Counted from the first letter of the stretch, positions 26,603-36,958 are shown. The stretch: 64,000 nt of DNA from an uncultured Bifidobacteriaceae bacterium (GCA_964544295.1 CAZJBJ010000002.1:11494-75493), one strand, 5' to 3'. Notes: a model not told the origin generated them from the letters alone. Translations and numbers: made by a program.

Positions 26603-27350
26603 GGACACCCGCGACATGGTCGTGATCGACGGCCTGGTGAAGACCTTCGACAAGGGCAAGGTCCTGGCCGTCGACGGCGTGGACCTGCGCGTCAGCGAGG
26701 GGCAGGTCGTCGCGCTCGTGGGGCCGTCGGGTTCGGGCAAGAGCACCGTGCTGCGCTGCATCAACGGGCTGGAACTCGCGACCGCCGGCACCGTCACCGT
26801 CGACGGCCGCCTCCTGACCCCGAAGTCGAAGGAACTCGACACCATCCGCCAGGAGGTCGGCATGGTGTTCCAGCAGTTCAACCTGTTCGCGCACCTCACG
26901 GCGCTGGAGAACGTCACGTTGGCCCAGCGCGTAGTCCGTAAGCGGTCCAAGACCGAGGCCGAGGAGATCGGGCGAGCGCAGCTCGAGCGGGTCGGCATTC
27001 CCGAGAAGGCCGACAGCTACCCGCGCGAGCTCTCCGGCGGCCAGCAGCAACGCGTCGCCATCGCCCGATCCCTCGCGATGCACCCGAAGCTGATGCTGTT
27101 CGACGAGCCGACGAGCGCCCTCGACCCGGAGATGATCAACGAAGTGCTCGACGTCATGCTCGAACTCGCGGGCGCGGGCATGACCATGGTCGTGGTCACC
27201 CACGAGATGGGGTTCGCGCGTGCGGCCTGCACGGAACTCGTGGTGCTCGACCACGGTCGGATCGTCGAGCAGGGTCCGCCCCAGCAGGTCTTCGAGTCAC
27301 CGCGCGAAGAACGCACCCGTCAGTTCTTCGAGAAGATCCTGCATCACTGA
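26595..27350 (+). CDS. Amino-acid ABC transporter ATP-binding protein
   Basis: GPSGSGKST, LSGGQQQRVAIAR, LMLFDEPTSALD. It overlaps the permease gene by 8 nt. Confidence 0.92.
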   Translation: MPEDTRDMVVIDGLVKTFDKGKVLAVDGVDLRVSEGQVVALVGPSGSGKSTVLRCINGLELATAGTVTVDGRLLTPKSKELDTIRQEVGMVFQQFNLFAHLTALENVTLAQRVVRKRSKTEAEEIGRAQLERVGIPEKADSYPRELSGGQQQRVAIARSLAMHPKLMLFDEPTSALDPEMINEVLDVMLELAGAGMTMVVVTHEMGFARAACTELVVLDHGRIVEQGPPQQVFESPREERTRQFFEKILHH

Positions 27351-27389
27351 CCGCCTCGCAGCACACGCGGCCCGAGACCGGGAGCGCGT

Positions 27390-28082
27390 TCAGCCGAGCT
27401 GGTCGTGCAGGAAGCTCAGCGCCTCGGGCCAGATCCGGCCGGCCAACTGCTCGTCGAGCGTGCCCAGCGCGTTGTGCGGGCCCATGAAGGCGTGGCCGGT
27501 GCCCGGGTGGACCGTGAGCGTCACGTCCTTGCCCAGGCCGCGGAGTTTGGCTTCGAGCGCGGCGGCCGCCTCGGGTCCGAAGAAGTCGTCGTGCTCCGCC
27601 ATGTGCCCGCGCACGACGGCCGTGAGGCCGGACCAGTCGGGCTCACCGTCGCCGGAAGGGAATCCGTAGAACGGGACCGCGGCCTTGACCACGTCGCCGC
27701 GGTTGGCGGCGATCAGGAACGTCAACATCCCGCCCATGCAGAAGCCCATGACGCCGACCGCATCACCCGTGGTCCCCGTGTCGGCCAGAAGGAAATCGAT
27801 CGCACCGCTCATGTCGCGCGCGGCACGCTCGGGCGGAAGCGCGCCCATGAGCGTGGCGGCCTTGTCCATCTCGTCGTGGCTCGCGACCTCACCGTGGTAC
27901 AGGTCGGGTGCCAACGCGGTGAACCCACCCTCGGCGAGGCGATCGGCCATCACCTTGAGATCGTCACTGAGACCCCACCACTCCTGGATGATCAACACAC
28001 CGGGTCCGGAACCACTCGCCGGGCGGGCCAGATAGCCCGACGCGGAGCTGCCGTTGCTTGCGAATTCCACTATTTCCGTCAT
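27390..28082 (-). CDS. Dienelactone hydrolase family protein
   Basis: GVLIIQEWWGL, GVMGFCMGG nucleophile elbow, HPGTGHAF. Confidence 0.85.
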   Translation of the reverse strand: MTEIVEFASNGSSASGYLARPASGSGPGVLIIQEWWGLSDDLKVMADRLAEGGFTALAPDLYHGEVASHDEMDKAATLMGALPPERAARDMSGAIDFLLADTGTTGDAVGVMGFCMGGMLTFLIAANRGDVVKAAVPFYGFPSGDGEPDWSGLTAVVRGHMAEHDDFFGPEAAAALEAKLRGLGKDVTLTVHPGTGHAFMGPHNALGTLDEQLAGRIWPEALSFLHDQLG

Positions 28083-28170
28083 GCCCGGAGACTACGACGC
28101 GCGGCGAACAGTTTGCCCGTGCCGCGAAGAGTGGCAGACTGGTGCCTGCACGTGGCTGTTTGGGGGGCAC

Positions 28171-29130
28171 ATGCACGCACACGCATCCGAGCTGATCCGA
28201 CGCGTCGTCGGCGACGCCGTCCCCGGGTCGGTCGTCCGGCCCGACGGTCGGCTGGGTCCGGCGGTACCGCTCGGTCGCCGGATCGCGCTCCCGGGTCGGG
28301 GCACCACCTTCGTGCGTGAGATCCCCGGTCCGGTCGGGGCGCCGACCCTCGTGCTGCTCCACGGCTACCTGGCCAGCGGCGGCCTCAACTGGTTCCGGAC
28401 CTTCGAGCCGCTCTCACGCGAGTTCACCGTCATCGCGCCCGACCTGCGCGGCCACGCGCGCGGCATCCGATCCCGACGGCGCATGCGGCTGAGCGATTGC
28501 GCGGACGACATCGCCGCCCTCATCGATCACCTCGACACCGGTCCGGTGATCGCGGCGGGCTACTCGATGGGCGGGCCCGTCGCCCAGTTGCTCTGGCGGC
28601 GGCACCCGGAACACGTGGCCGGTCTCGTGTTGTGCGCAACGGCGTCCCGGTTCGATGTGGGTTCACGACCACTCACCGACGCCTACCTCGCGGGTCTGGC
28701 CACGTTGGCCCGGATCACCGAGCGGGTCGCGGCGGCGCCGGCCGCAGGCGCCCGGGTCCTCCGGCTGGCGAACGCCAATCGACCGGCGGGCTTCCTGGAG
28801 TGGGCCGCCGACGAGATGCGGCGCCACGACGTGCGGATGCTCGCCGACGCGGCGCGCAGCATCGGTCGGTTCGACTCCCGCGAGTGGCTCGGCGAGGTCG
28901 ACGTGCCCACCGCGGTGCTGCGGACCAACCGCGACCGCCTGGTCGACCCCCAGGCCCAGACCGATCTCGCCCTGGGCATCCCTCGGTCGGTCGTCATCGA
29001 CCACGACCACGGCCACATCGCCTGTTCCCGGAGCGAGTTCGCCGACCCGATGATGGCCGCAGTGCGCGACGTCGCGTGGCGCGCCGCCGGGCAGGTGGGC
29101 ACGCGCCGACCCGTCAGCGTCAGATCGTGA
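28171..29130 (+). CDS. Alpha/beta hydrolase
   Basis: LVLLHG, GYSMGG nucleophile elbow, DHDHGH near the C-terminus. I chose the ATG at 28171. Confidence 0.75.
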   Translation: MHAHASELIRRVVGDAVPGSVVRPDGRLGPAVPLGRRIALPGRGTTFVREIPGPVGAPTLVLLHGYLASGGLNWFRTFEPLSREFTVIAPDLRGHARGIRSRRRMRLSDCADDIAALIDHLDTGPVIAAGYSMGGPVAQLLWRRHPEHVAGLVLCATASRFDVGSRPLTDAYLAGLATLARITERVAAAPAAGARVLRLANANRPAGFLEWAADEMRRHDVRMLADAARSIGRFDSREWLGEVDVPTAVLRTNRDRLVDPQAQTDLALGIPRSVVIDHDHGHIACSRSEFADPMMAAVRDVAWRAAGQVGTRRPVSVRS

Positions 29131-31363
29131 TGTTGCGGGCGATCGTCCAGCCCGGCCAGTAGCTCGCACCCGACGGCCGCAGCGGCACACCACCGGCGAT
29201 GCCGAAACCGTGGAGCCCGCCGAAGCCGTCGAGCACGAACCCGGCGGTGCCGTTGGACTGCACGCCGATCCCCCGCGCCGGGGCGAAGATGGGCGAGTAG
29301 GGCTGGCCGACTCCCGGCGGCGCGGTACCGCTACCGATTTTGAACGGGTACGTGAGGCCGAACACGTCGGTCACGTACCCACCGGAACCGTCGGGCAGGA
29401 TCGTGATACCGCGCGCCCGGTCCTGCCCGAACCAGTACGGCAGCCCGGCGATGGGTGGCGGGGTCGACCCGGACCCGATGCGGAACGGATGGATCCCGCC
29501 GAACGCATCGAGTGTGTAGCCCCCGCTGCCGTCGGGCAGCACGGCGAGGCCACGGGCGATGTCCCAGCCCAGCCAGTAGGAGTTGCCGGTCGGCGCGGGA
29601 GGAAGCGCCGCGCCCGCGGCGGCGAACCCGTGGATGCCGCCGAAGCCGTCGAGCACGTAGCCGGTCTGGTGATCGGGCCGACGCGCGGCGGCGCGTGCGA
29701 TGTCCCACCCGGGCCAGTACGGACCGCGTGCGATGTTCGGCGCGGCGGCGCTGCCGGCGAAGCCGAACGGGTGGAGCCCGCCGAAGCCGTCGAGGGTGTA
29801 CCCGCCGTTCGGCATCGCGGCGTTGCCCTCGAGGTGGATCCACTTGGCGGCGGAAGGAACGCCCGCCGAGTCGACGACGAAGAGCATGTACCAGCCGGGC
29901 GGTGCGAGGTTGGGCTCCGTGGGCATCGTCACCGCCACCCCCGATCCGGTCTTGGTGAAGTTGACGTCGATCAGCCGTTGGTTCGGATCGGAGGAGTGGG
30001 TCGTCGAGCCCGGCCGCACCAGCACCACGTTGCGGATGGCGCTGGCCTGGGTCGTCGAGTAGTTCACCGCGTCGCCGTAGTGGAGGTCGTTGACCGATCC
30101 GGAGATGGTCGGGCGCGCGGTTCCGGTCTCCAGGTACGGCGGGGTGAACACCTCGATGCGCATCTCGAAGGAGTTGGTGGGGTTCCCACCGAAGGTCGCC
30201 ACCCGACCGTCGGGCAGCAGGATCGCCGACGAGTGGTACACCCGGGGAACCGTGGCGGACGCGACCTTGGTCCAGCTGTTCGTCTTCGGGTTGAAGATCT
30301 GCGTGCTCGTGACCGGCGATCCGTTGTACACGACCGACTTCGTCGCGCCGCCGGTCTGGAGCACGGTCGAGTCAGGGAGCACGACCGCGCTCACGTACAT
30401 CTTCGCCGCGTCGATCGCCGGGCCCGGGGTGAACGTCGGGTTCGTGGCCTTGAGGTCGGCGATCGCCGTCGACGCCACCGCACCGACGTCGGCGTACTGG
30501 TTGCCGCCACCGATGACCATGACCCGCTGATCCTGCGCCGGAGGAAGCATCACGCTCGCGCCCTGGTCGCGCCGGGTGTCGTCGGTCAGCCCCGGCACCG
30601 ACTGGTACGCGTTGGTGGTGAAGTCCCACGATCCGGGCGGCACCTCCGTCGCGTTGCCGCCGAACGTGTTGACCCCCGAGTAGAAGAGGCGTCCGTCACG
30701 CATCTGGTGCAGTCCCGGATACATCGGCTGGTACACGTACCGGCTCGGTCCGTTCGCCGGCGTCGTCCAGGTCGATCCGTCGAAGATCTCGAACTGGGAG
30801 GTGTAGTGCCCGGTTTGGTCGAGACCGCCGAGCGCCAGGATGCGACCATCGCCCAACTCGGTCGTCGTCGGGTACCACCGCGCCAGGTGCATGTCGGCCG
30901 TGCGCGTGTACTTCCCGGAACTCGGGTCGAACAGGTACGACCGGTTGGAGCCGGCCGAGCTGTTGTTCGTGGCGGGGCCCGGGTACGCGGTGGTGCCACC
31001 GGCGACGAGCACCCGACCGTCTGCCATCACCACGTGCCCGGCGCAGAACGCGTCCCAGGGGGTCGGGACCGCGGTGAGATCACCGGTGGCAGGGTCCCAG
31101 ATCGAGGTCGTGAACGTGCCCGCGTTGAACGCGTTCCGATCGTTGCCCGAGCCCGCGATCAGCAACACCTTGCCGGTGCGAAGCAGGGTGACGTGCACGG
31201 CGCGCACGTCGGACGGGGTGGTCGTGACCGTCCAGGTCCCGTCGGTGGCTGCCCCCGCGCTCGGCGTCACTGCCGGGAACGCAGTCGCGATCGCGACGAC
31301 CGAGGCCCCGGCCGCGACCAGCCGGCGAACTCGTCGTCTCATGCGACGCCGTCGCGTTTCCAT
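29120..31363 (-). CDS. Secreted radical copper oxidase (GlxA / galactose-oxidase / glyoxal-oxidase-like kelch propeller + DUF1929) with a C-terminal repeat domain
   Basis: Arg-rich signal peptide METRRRRMRRRVRRLVAAGASVVAIA. FCAGH (cross-link Cys), ARWYPT (cross-link Tyr), VYHSS (Tyr-His Cu ligands), DUF1929-like PGWYMLFVV. Confidence 0.8.
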   Translation of the reverse strand: METRRRRMRRRVRRLVAAGASVVAIATAFPAVTPSAGAATDGTWTVTTTPSDVRAVHVTLLRTGKVLLIAGSGNDRNAFNAGTFTTSIWDPATGDLTAVPTPWDAFCAGHVVMADGRVLVAGGTTAYPGPATNNSSAGSNRSYLFDPSSGKYTRTADMHLARWYPTTTELGDGRILALGGLDQTGHYTSQFEIFDGSTWTTPANGPSRYVYQPMYPGLHQMRDGRLFYSGVNTFGGNATEVPPGSWDFTTNAYQSVPGLTDDTRRDQGASVMLPPAQDQRVMVIGGGNQYADVGAVASTAIADLKATNPTFTPGPAIDAAKMYVSAVVLPDSTVLQTGGATKSVVYNGSPVTSTQIFNPKTNSWTKVASATVPRVYHSSAILLPDGRVATFGGNPTNSFEMRIEVFTPPYLETGTARPTISGSVNDLHYGDAVNYSTTQASAIRNVVLVRPGSTTHSSDPNQRLIDVNFTKTGSGVAVTMPTEPNLAPPGWYMLFVVDSAGVPSAAKWIHLEGNAAMPNGGYTLDGFGGLHPFGFAGSAAAPNIARGPYWPGWDIARAAARRPDHQTGYVLDGFGGIHGFAAAGAALPPAPTGNSYWLGWDIARGLAVLPDGSGGYTLDAFGGIHPFRIGSGSTPPPIAGLPYWFGQDRARGITILPDGSGGYVTDVFGLTYPFKIGSGTAPPGVGQPYSPIFAPARGIGVQSNGTAGFVLDGFGGLHGFGIAGGVPLRPSGASYWPGWTIARNITI
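29123..29806 (-). repeat. Five tandem protein repeats of about 47 aa (G[YF]xLDGFGG[IL]HxF ... YW.GWDIAR) forming the last 228 aa of the copper oxidase
   Basis: The G[YF] anchors fall at residues 2, 49, 96, 143 and 189 of the tail. Repeat 4 is the most degenerate. Confidence 0.8.
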
Positions 31364-31456
31364 CAGACCTCCCGCGCGACGGACCGCGCAGATGCGGGCA
31401 ATCGGCCCCAAAAGTGTAGATGCCTCGTACTCCGCACTTGACCCGGGTCGAACGAC

Positions 31457-32488
31457 TCAGGCGATCAGTACCTCGGCCATCTGCACCGCGTTGAGCGCGG
31501 CGCCCTTGCGGAGGTTGTCGCCCGTGACCCACAGGTCGAGCGTGTTGGGCTGACTCGGGTCCTCCCGCAACCGACCCACGAGGACGGGATCGATGCCGGC
31601 GCCCTCGAGCGCCGTCGGCGCGCCGTCGCCGTCGCCGACGAGCACGACGCCGGGCGCGTCCCGCAGAAGTTCGACGGCCTGTCCGCGCGACATCGGATCG
31701 CGGAACGCGACGTTCGCGGTCATGGCGTGGCCGACGTAGACGGGCACGCGGACACACGTTGCGGTGATTCGCATCGCGTCGTCGTGGAGGATCTTGCGGC
31801 TCTCGTGGACGAGCTTCCACTCTTCACTCGTGTAGCCCGCGTCCTTCACCGATCCCGCGAGCGGGATGACGTTGCCGGCGATCGGCTTCGGCCACACGTC
31901 GCCGGGCGCGATGAACCCGTCGATCGTGGCGGCGCGACGCAGCGAGTCGGAGTCGCCGGCGAACTTGTTCCACTGGGCGTCGAGCTCGGCGATGCCGGGC
32001 GCGCCGGCTCCGGACACCGACTGGTAGGTGGACACGACCATGCGATCGATGCCGGCGGCACGATGCAGGGGGGCCAGCGCCGTCACCAGGACCATCGTCG
32101 TGCAGTTCGGACAGGAGGCGATACCCCGCGGGAGTTCGGCGAGGTCCTCGGGGTTCACCTCGGCGACGACGAGCGGCACGTCGGGCTCCATCCGGAACGC
32201 GGCCGAGTTGTCGACGACGCGGGCGCCGGCGGCCGCCGCGATCGGCGCCCACTCGAGCGCGAGCGGGTCATCGACGTCGACGATCACGAGATCGAGTCCG
32301 TCGAAACACCCGTCGCGCAGGACTTCACAGGTCACCTGACCGTCGGCGAAGTCCAGACGTCGGCCCTCGGATCGCGCCGATGCGTACGCCCGGAGCTTTC
32401 CGACGGGGAACCGGCGCGCCTCGAGGATGCGCAGCATTTCCTGGCCGACGAGACCGGTCGCCCCGATCACCCCGATATCAACCGTCAC
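31457..32488 (-). CDS. asd: Aspartate-semialdehyde dehydrogenase
   Basis: VIGATGLVGQ, SCPNCTT active-site Cys, and end-to-end similarity to actinobacterial Asd. Confidence 0.92.
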   Translation of the reverse strand: MTVDIGVIGATGLVGQEMLRILEARRFPVGKLRAYASARSEGRRLDFADGQVTCEVLRDGCFDGLDLVIVDVDDPLALEWAPIAAAAGARVVDNSAAFRMEPDVPLVVAEVNPEDLAELPRGIASCPNCTTMVLVTALAPLHRAAGIDRMVVSTYQSVSGAGAPGIAELDAQWNKFAGDSDSLRRAATIDGFIAPGDVWPKPIAGNVIPLAGSVKDAGYTSEEWKLVHESRKILHDDAMRITATCVRVPVYVGHAMTANVAFRDPMSRGQAVELLRDAPGVVLVGDGDGAPTALEGAGIDPVLVGRLREDPSQPNTLDLWVTGDNLRKGAALNAVQMAEVLIA

Positions 32489-32549
32489 GACGGCAACCCT
32501 TCTCGAACAACGTGGTCGGGAAAGGGTATCGACCGGTCGGCGGCCGGCT

Positions 32550-33029
32550 TCAAGCGTTTTGCAGGTCGAACGCCTGGTGGAGGGCGCGCACGGCGGTCTC
32601 GATGTCGGCCGCCGGCACGACGCAGGAGATCCGGATCGAGGAGGTACTGATCATCTCGATGTTCACGCCCTCGTTCGCGAGCACCTCGAACATCTTGGCG
32701 GCCACGCCGGGGTTCGTCCGCATGCCCGCCCCGACGACACTCACACGAGCCACGTCCGAATCGTGGGTGATGCCGGTCGCCTCGAGGTCGCCCGAGATCT
32801 TGTCCATGACCCCGATGGCCCGATGCAAGTCGTCCTTGGGCACCGTGAACGAGATGTCGGTGTGGCCCGCGGTCGACACGTTCTGCACGATCATGTCGAC
32901 GTTGACCGCCGCCTCGGCCAAGGCGCGGAACAACGACGCCGCGACCCCCGGACGGTCGGCGACCTGGGCGATCGTGACCTTCGCCTCGGACGTGTCATGG
33001 GTGACCCCGGAAATGATCGCTTGCTCCAT
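32550..33029 (-). CDS. ask: Probable in-frame internal start giving the aspartokinase beta (ACT-only) subunit
   Basis: Internal ATG at 33029 ([12 protein letters not shown]) preceded by GAGGAGG with a 7-nt spacer. In-frame alpha/beta expression is established for Corynebacterium and Mycobacterium lysC/ask. Confidence 0.5.
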   Translation of the reverse strand: MEQAIISGVTHDTSEAKVTIAQVADRPGVAASLFRALAEAAVNVDMIVQNVSTAGHTDISFTVPKDDLHRAIGVMDKISGDLEATGITHDSDVARVSVVGAGMRTNPGVAAKMFEVLANEGVNIEMISTSSIRISCVVPAADIETAVRALHQAFDLQNA

Positions 33030-33767
33030 GCTGGGATCCTCCTCGACGACCCATGTCCCTGGTTCCCAGGTGAACGACGAACGGACGTGCACCGGCACGC
33101 CGTGGTTGCGCGCGAACTCGACCGACCGCAGCGCGAGGACCTTGCCCCCGGTCGCGGCGATCTCCAACATCTCCTCGAACGACACGTGCGCGAGCTTGCG
33201 CGCCTCTGGCACGATCCGGGGATCGGCGGTGAACACCCCGGACACGTCGGTGTAGATCTCACAGACCTCGGCACCGAGCGACGCGGCGAGGGCGACGGCG
33301 GTCGTGTCGGAGCCGCCCCGCCCGAGCGTGGTGATGTCCTTGTCGGTCGAGATGCCCTGGAACCCGGCGACGACCGCGACCGAGTCCTGCCCCAGCGTCT
33401 CGCGGATCCGATCGCCCTTGACCTCCAGGATCTTGGCCTTGCCGTGCACCGTGTCGGTGACGATGCCGGCCTGGGATCCGGTGAAGCTCACGGCATGCAC
33501 GCCGAGGTCGATGACGGCCATGCACAGCAACGCCATCGAGATGCGTTCGCCCGCAGTGAGCAGCATGTCCATCTCGCGACCGTGGGGGTCGTGGGAAACG
33601 TCGTGGGCCAAACGCACCAAATTGTCGGTGGACTTCCCCATCGCCGACACGACGACCACGACCTGGTTGCCGGCGCGATGGGTCCGCACGATGTGATCCG
33701 CGACGGCGCGGATCCGGTCGGGATCGGCGACGGACGACCCGCCGAACTTCTGGACGATCAGAGCCAC
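32550..33767 (-). CDS. ask: Aspartate kinase (alpha subunit reading frame)
   Basis: [24 protein letters not shown], two C-terminal ACT domains. Confidence 0.92.
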   Translation of the reverse strand: MALIVQKFGGSSVADPDRIRAVADHIVRTHRAGNQVVVVVSAMGKSTDNLVRLAHDVSHDPHGREMDMLLTAGERISMALLCMAVIDLGVHAVSFTGSQAGIVTDTVHGKAKILEVKGDRIRETLGQDSVAVVAGFQGISTDKDITTLGRGGSDTTAVALAASLGAEVCEIYTDVSGVFTADPRIVPEARKLAHVSFEEMLEIAATGGKVLALRSVEFARNHGVPVHVRSSFTWEPGTWVVEEDPSMEQAIISGVTHDTSEAKVTIAQVADRPGVAASLFRALAEAAVNVDMIVQNVSTAGHTDISFTVPKDDLHRAIGVMDKISGDLEATGITHDSDVARVSVVGAGMRTNPGVAAKMFEVLANEGVNIEMISTSSIRISCVVPAADIETAVRALHQAFDLQNA

Positions 33768-33898
33768 GGGCCGAGGGTACCTGGCGTCATGCCAGGTTCT
33801 CCGACCAAATCACCCGGCCGTCGAATCGGCTCCGCCGCCGTGTGGTGGTCTGATTTCTGCCACAATGCACCCTCGCCGCTGCCTGGGGGAGGCTCCTC

Positions 33899-36202
33899 GT
33901 GCGTTCCATCCGTTGGTTCACGATCGCCCTGATCGTCGCATTGTCCGTTCCGCTCGTCGCCACGACGGCGAGCGCCTCGGGCCCACGTCCGGCCGCCGTC
34001 GACGGCTCCGGGATCGTCGTGCGCCCCAGCGTGCACCAACTCGCGGTCCTGCACGCGCCCGCCGGCGCACCGATCTCGGTGACCCGCAACGGCTCCGTAC
34101 TCCAGAGCGACACCGTCGACAGCCTCGGTGGGTTCAACTTCCACAACCTCGCCTCGGGACCGGGCTACGCCGTCGAGATCGGCAGCGCACCCGACACCTG
34201 GGTGAGCCCGCCCGTCACGGTGCTCGATGCCGCCGACACGCCGCCGCAGTCGCTCTACACCGGTCAACAGCTGAACGTGACCAACCTCGGCAACAACAGC
34301 GGGTACGGCTACCTGACCACCCGCGACGGCACCCAGCTCTCGGTGAGTGTCGTCCTCCCCGGCCCGGCCGACCAAGGTCCGTACCCGACGGTCATGGAGT
34401 ACTCGGGCTACGACCCGTCGAGCCCCACGACCGGCCAACCCCAGTACAAGTTGCTCATGCCCCCGAGCGGGTACGCGTGGGTCGGGGTCAACATCCGCGG
34501 CTCGGGGTGCTCGGGCGGCGCGTACAACTACTTCGAGAACCTGCAGTCGCTCGACGGCTACGACGCCATCGAGACCATCGCGGCCCAACCGTGGTCGGAC
34601 GGACACGTCGGCATGGTCGGCATCTCCTACGCCGGGATCAGTCAGCTGTTCGTCGCCCGGACCCAGCCGCCGCACCTCGACGCGATCACGCCGGTGTCGG
34701 TCATCGACGACTCGTGGCGGGGCACCCTGTATCCCGGTGGGATCCTCAACAACGGATTCGCGTTGAACTGGGCCACCGAGCGGTTCGAACAGAACAGTTG
34801 GCCCAACGACAAGGCACCGAAGTGGGTCAAGGACCGCATCGCGGGCGGCGACACCACGTGCGCCGACAACATGTTGTTGCGCGGCCAGAACATCGACGGT
34901 CTGGATCAGATCGCCGCGCACCCCAACCCGTCGTCCGAACTCGATCCGGAGTTCGCCTACGACTTCCCCGGTGGCACCGACTCGCTGGCGCCCGCCGAGT
35001 TCGTGGACCAGATCACGGCACGAGTGATGCTGATCGGCGCGTGGCAGGACGAACAGACCGGCGGCCACTGGGCCAACATGATCAACCGCTTCGCTCCCGG
35101 CACCCTCGTCAAGGTGCTCGGCCAGAACGGGGTCCACACCGAAGCGCTCGATCCGACAGCTCTGTTGGCGACGACCGAGATGCTCGACCTCTACGTGGGA
35201 AACAAGAAGCCCGAGGTCTCGCCGTTCATGCGCGCGTTCGCGCCGGTGCTCTGGAGCACGATCACCGGCATCGACGGCCTCAGCATCCCGCCCGATCGCT
35301 TCGGGCCCAACACCTACGACGAAGCTCGACGCTGGTTCGAGGCCGAGCCCCGTGTCCGCATCCTGTGGGAGACCGGCAACGCCGCAGGCCTGCAACCCGG
35401 ATCGCTCATGCCGCGGGGCGAGTCGTGGTACCCGTCGTGGCCCATCGCCGACGCGCACGTGCGGACGTGGCACCTGCGAACGGATGGACGCCTGCGGAAG
35501 GAGCCCGGCGCCAACCACGACCCGGCCGACGAGTACCGCCCGGACCCGACGTTGCGGCCGCGCAAGAACTTCGACGGCGGCAACATCTGGGCGGCAACTC
35601 CCACCTACAACTGGGCACCCGTCGTCGACGGCGCCTCCCTCTCGTACTTCACACCCCCGCTCCGCAAGACACTGAGCGTCGCCGGCACCGGCAGTGTCGA
35701 TCTGTGGATCAAGTCCACCGCGGCCGACAACGACGTCCAGGTCACACTCAGCGAGGTCATGCCGAACGGCCAGGAGCGCTACGTGCAGAGCGGCTGGCTC
35801 CGGCTCAGCCACCGCAAGCTCGATCGGAACCGTTCGACCGACATCAACCCGTTCCATTCGGACGAACTGCAGGACATGCGCGACATCACGCCCGGCAAGT
35901 TCGTGTCGGCGCGCGTCGCCCTGTTCCCGTTCGCCCACCAGTTCCGGGCCGGGAGTCAGATCCGCCTGACCATCCAGGCCCCGGGTGGTGACCGACCGGA
36001 GTGGACCTTCGACACGCCGGCCACCGGCGGCTCGGTCGTGAACCTGGTGGCGCACGACGATGATCGGCCGTCCCGTCTGGTACTGCCGATCGTCGCCGGG
36101 CCCGACCTCGGTGCCGAACCGGCGCCGTGCCCGTCCATTCGAGCCCAGCCGTGTCGGCCGTTCGTCGTCCCGGCCCCGAACCGCTCGGTCCCGACCTCCT
36201 AG
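33899..36202 (+). CDS. Secreted CocE/NonD family hydrolase (S15 X-Pro dipeptidyl-peptidase-like)
   Basis: Signal peptide. MEYSGYD, GMVGISYAG nucleophile elbow, C-terminal jelly-roll-like domain. GTG start. Confidence 0.75.
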   Translation: MRSIRWFTIALIVALSVPLVATTASASGPRPAAVDGSGIVVRPSVHQLAVLHAPAGAPISVTRNGSVLQSDTVDSLGGFNFHNLASGPGYAVEIGSAPDTWVSPPVTVLDAADTPPQSLYTGQQLNVTNLGNNSGYGYLTTRDGTQLSVSVVLPGPADQGPYPTVMEYSGYDPSSPTTGQPQYKLLMPPSGYAWVGVNIRGSGCSGGAYNYFENLQSLDGYDAIETIAAQPWSDGHVGMVGISYAGISQLFVARTQPPHLDAITPVSVIDDSWRGTLYPGGILNNGFALNWATERFEQNSWPNDKAPKWVKDRIAGGDTTCADNMLLRGQNIDGLDQIAAHPNPSSELDPEFAYDFPGGTDSLAPAEFVDQITARVMLIGAWQDEQTGGHWANMINRFAPGTLVKVLGQNGVHTEALDPTALLATTEMLDLYVGNKKPEVSPFMRAFAPVLWSTITGIDGLSIPPDRFGPNTYDEARRWFEAEPRVRILWETGNAAGLQPGSLMPRGESWYPSWPIADAHVRTWHLRTDGRLRKEPGANHDPADEYRPDPTLRPRKNFDGGNIWAATPTYNWAPVVDGASLSYFTPPLRKTLSVAGTGSVDLWIKSTAADNDVQVTLSEVMPNGQERYVQSGWLRLSHRKLDRNRSTDINPFHSDELQDMRDITPGKFVSARVALFPFAHQFRAGSQIRLTIQAPGGDRPEWTFDTPATGGSVVNLVAHDDDRPSRLVLPIVAGPDLGAEPAPCPSIRAQPCRPFVVPAPNRSVPTS

Positions 36203-36213
36203 ACTCCGCCGCC

Positions 36214-36951
36214 GTGTCCAAGGCAGCGAAACGAGAACGTCAGAAGGAGAACCGCGAGCGCGCCCGCGTCGAGCGCGAGCGGATGCAGAAGCGGCAACGC
36301 CAGCTGAAGACCGCGCGGGGTCTGCTCTACCTCCTCGCGCCGCTGGTCGTCATCGCGATCATCGTCTCGCTCACGGGCGGCTCCGACACACCGACGCGCG
36401 ACTACAAGACCGCGCCGAAGGTCACGATCGATCCGAACAAGACCTACACGGCCACGATCGACACGACCGAGGGCGACATCGTCGTGGCCCTCGACCCGGA
36501 GGCGGCGCCGAACGCGGTGAACAGCTTCGTGTTCCTTGCGAAGAACCGGTTCTACGACGGCCTCTGCATCGACCGGATCATGCCTGGGTTCGGCATCCAG
36601 GGCGGTTCGCCGAAGTGTGACCGGGGCGGCGGTCCCGGCTACACGGTGACCGACAAACCGTCGACCGACTTCAAGGTCGGGTCCTTCGTCGCCGCTCGCT
36701 CCGCCGACCAACCCGCCGGTGCATTCGGCTCGCAGTTCTACATCGTCACCGGTGACGTGCCGTCGGTCCCCGCGGACGATCTCCAGTTCGGATCGGTCCA
36801 GTCCGGTCTCGACGTCGTTCAGAAGATTCAGGCCAAGGCCACGAAGCCCCCGGGCAGCGACATGCCCGAATCGTTCGTCCGGATCAACAAGGTCACGATC
36901 GCGACCGGTTCCACGCCGCCCACCAGCTCGACGACCACTTCGGCGCCGTAG
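36214..36951 (+). CDS. Membrane-anchored cyclophilin-type peptidyl-prolyl isomerase
   Basis: Lys/Arg/Glu-rich N-terminus, one TM segment, then FYDGL.IDRI.PGFGIQGG and GSQFYIV. GTG at 36214. Confidence 0.85.
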   Translation: MSKAAKRERQKENRERARVERERMQKRQRQLKTARGLLYLLAPLVVIAIIVSLTGGSDTPTRDYKTAPKVTIDPNKTYTATIDTTEGDIVVALDPEAAPNAVNSFVFLAKNRFYDGLCIDRIMPGFGIQGGSPKCDRGGGPGYTVTDKPSTDFKVGSFVAARSADQPAGAFGSQFYIVTGDVPSVPADDLQFGSVQSGLDVVQKIQAKATKPPGSDMPESFVRINKVTIATGSTPPTSSTTTSAP

Positions 36952-36958
36952 CCGTCGA

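Noticed and set aside
33768-33898. A riboswitch or leader structure upstream of ask (small hairpin ACCTGGC-gtcat-GCCAGGT).
   Set aside because: It is only a 7-bp stem, and I could not recognise any known riboswitch consensus. The evidence is insufficient.
33758-36055. Very long antisense ORFs (for example 33758-36055 minus, 7391-9190 minus, 9637-10851 plus, 24750-25757 minus, 32427-33932 plus, 46226-48094 plus, 48006-49694 plus).
   Set aside because: Their translations are dominated by Arg/Gly/Pro/Asp/His runs. They lie opposite ORFs with clear family motifs. These are typical shadow ORFs of a very GC-rich genome and are not genes.
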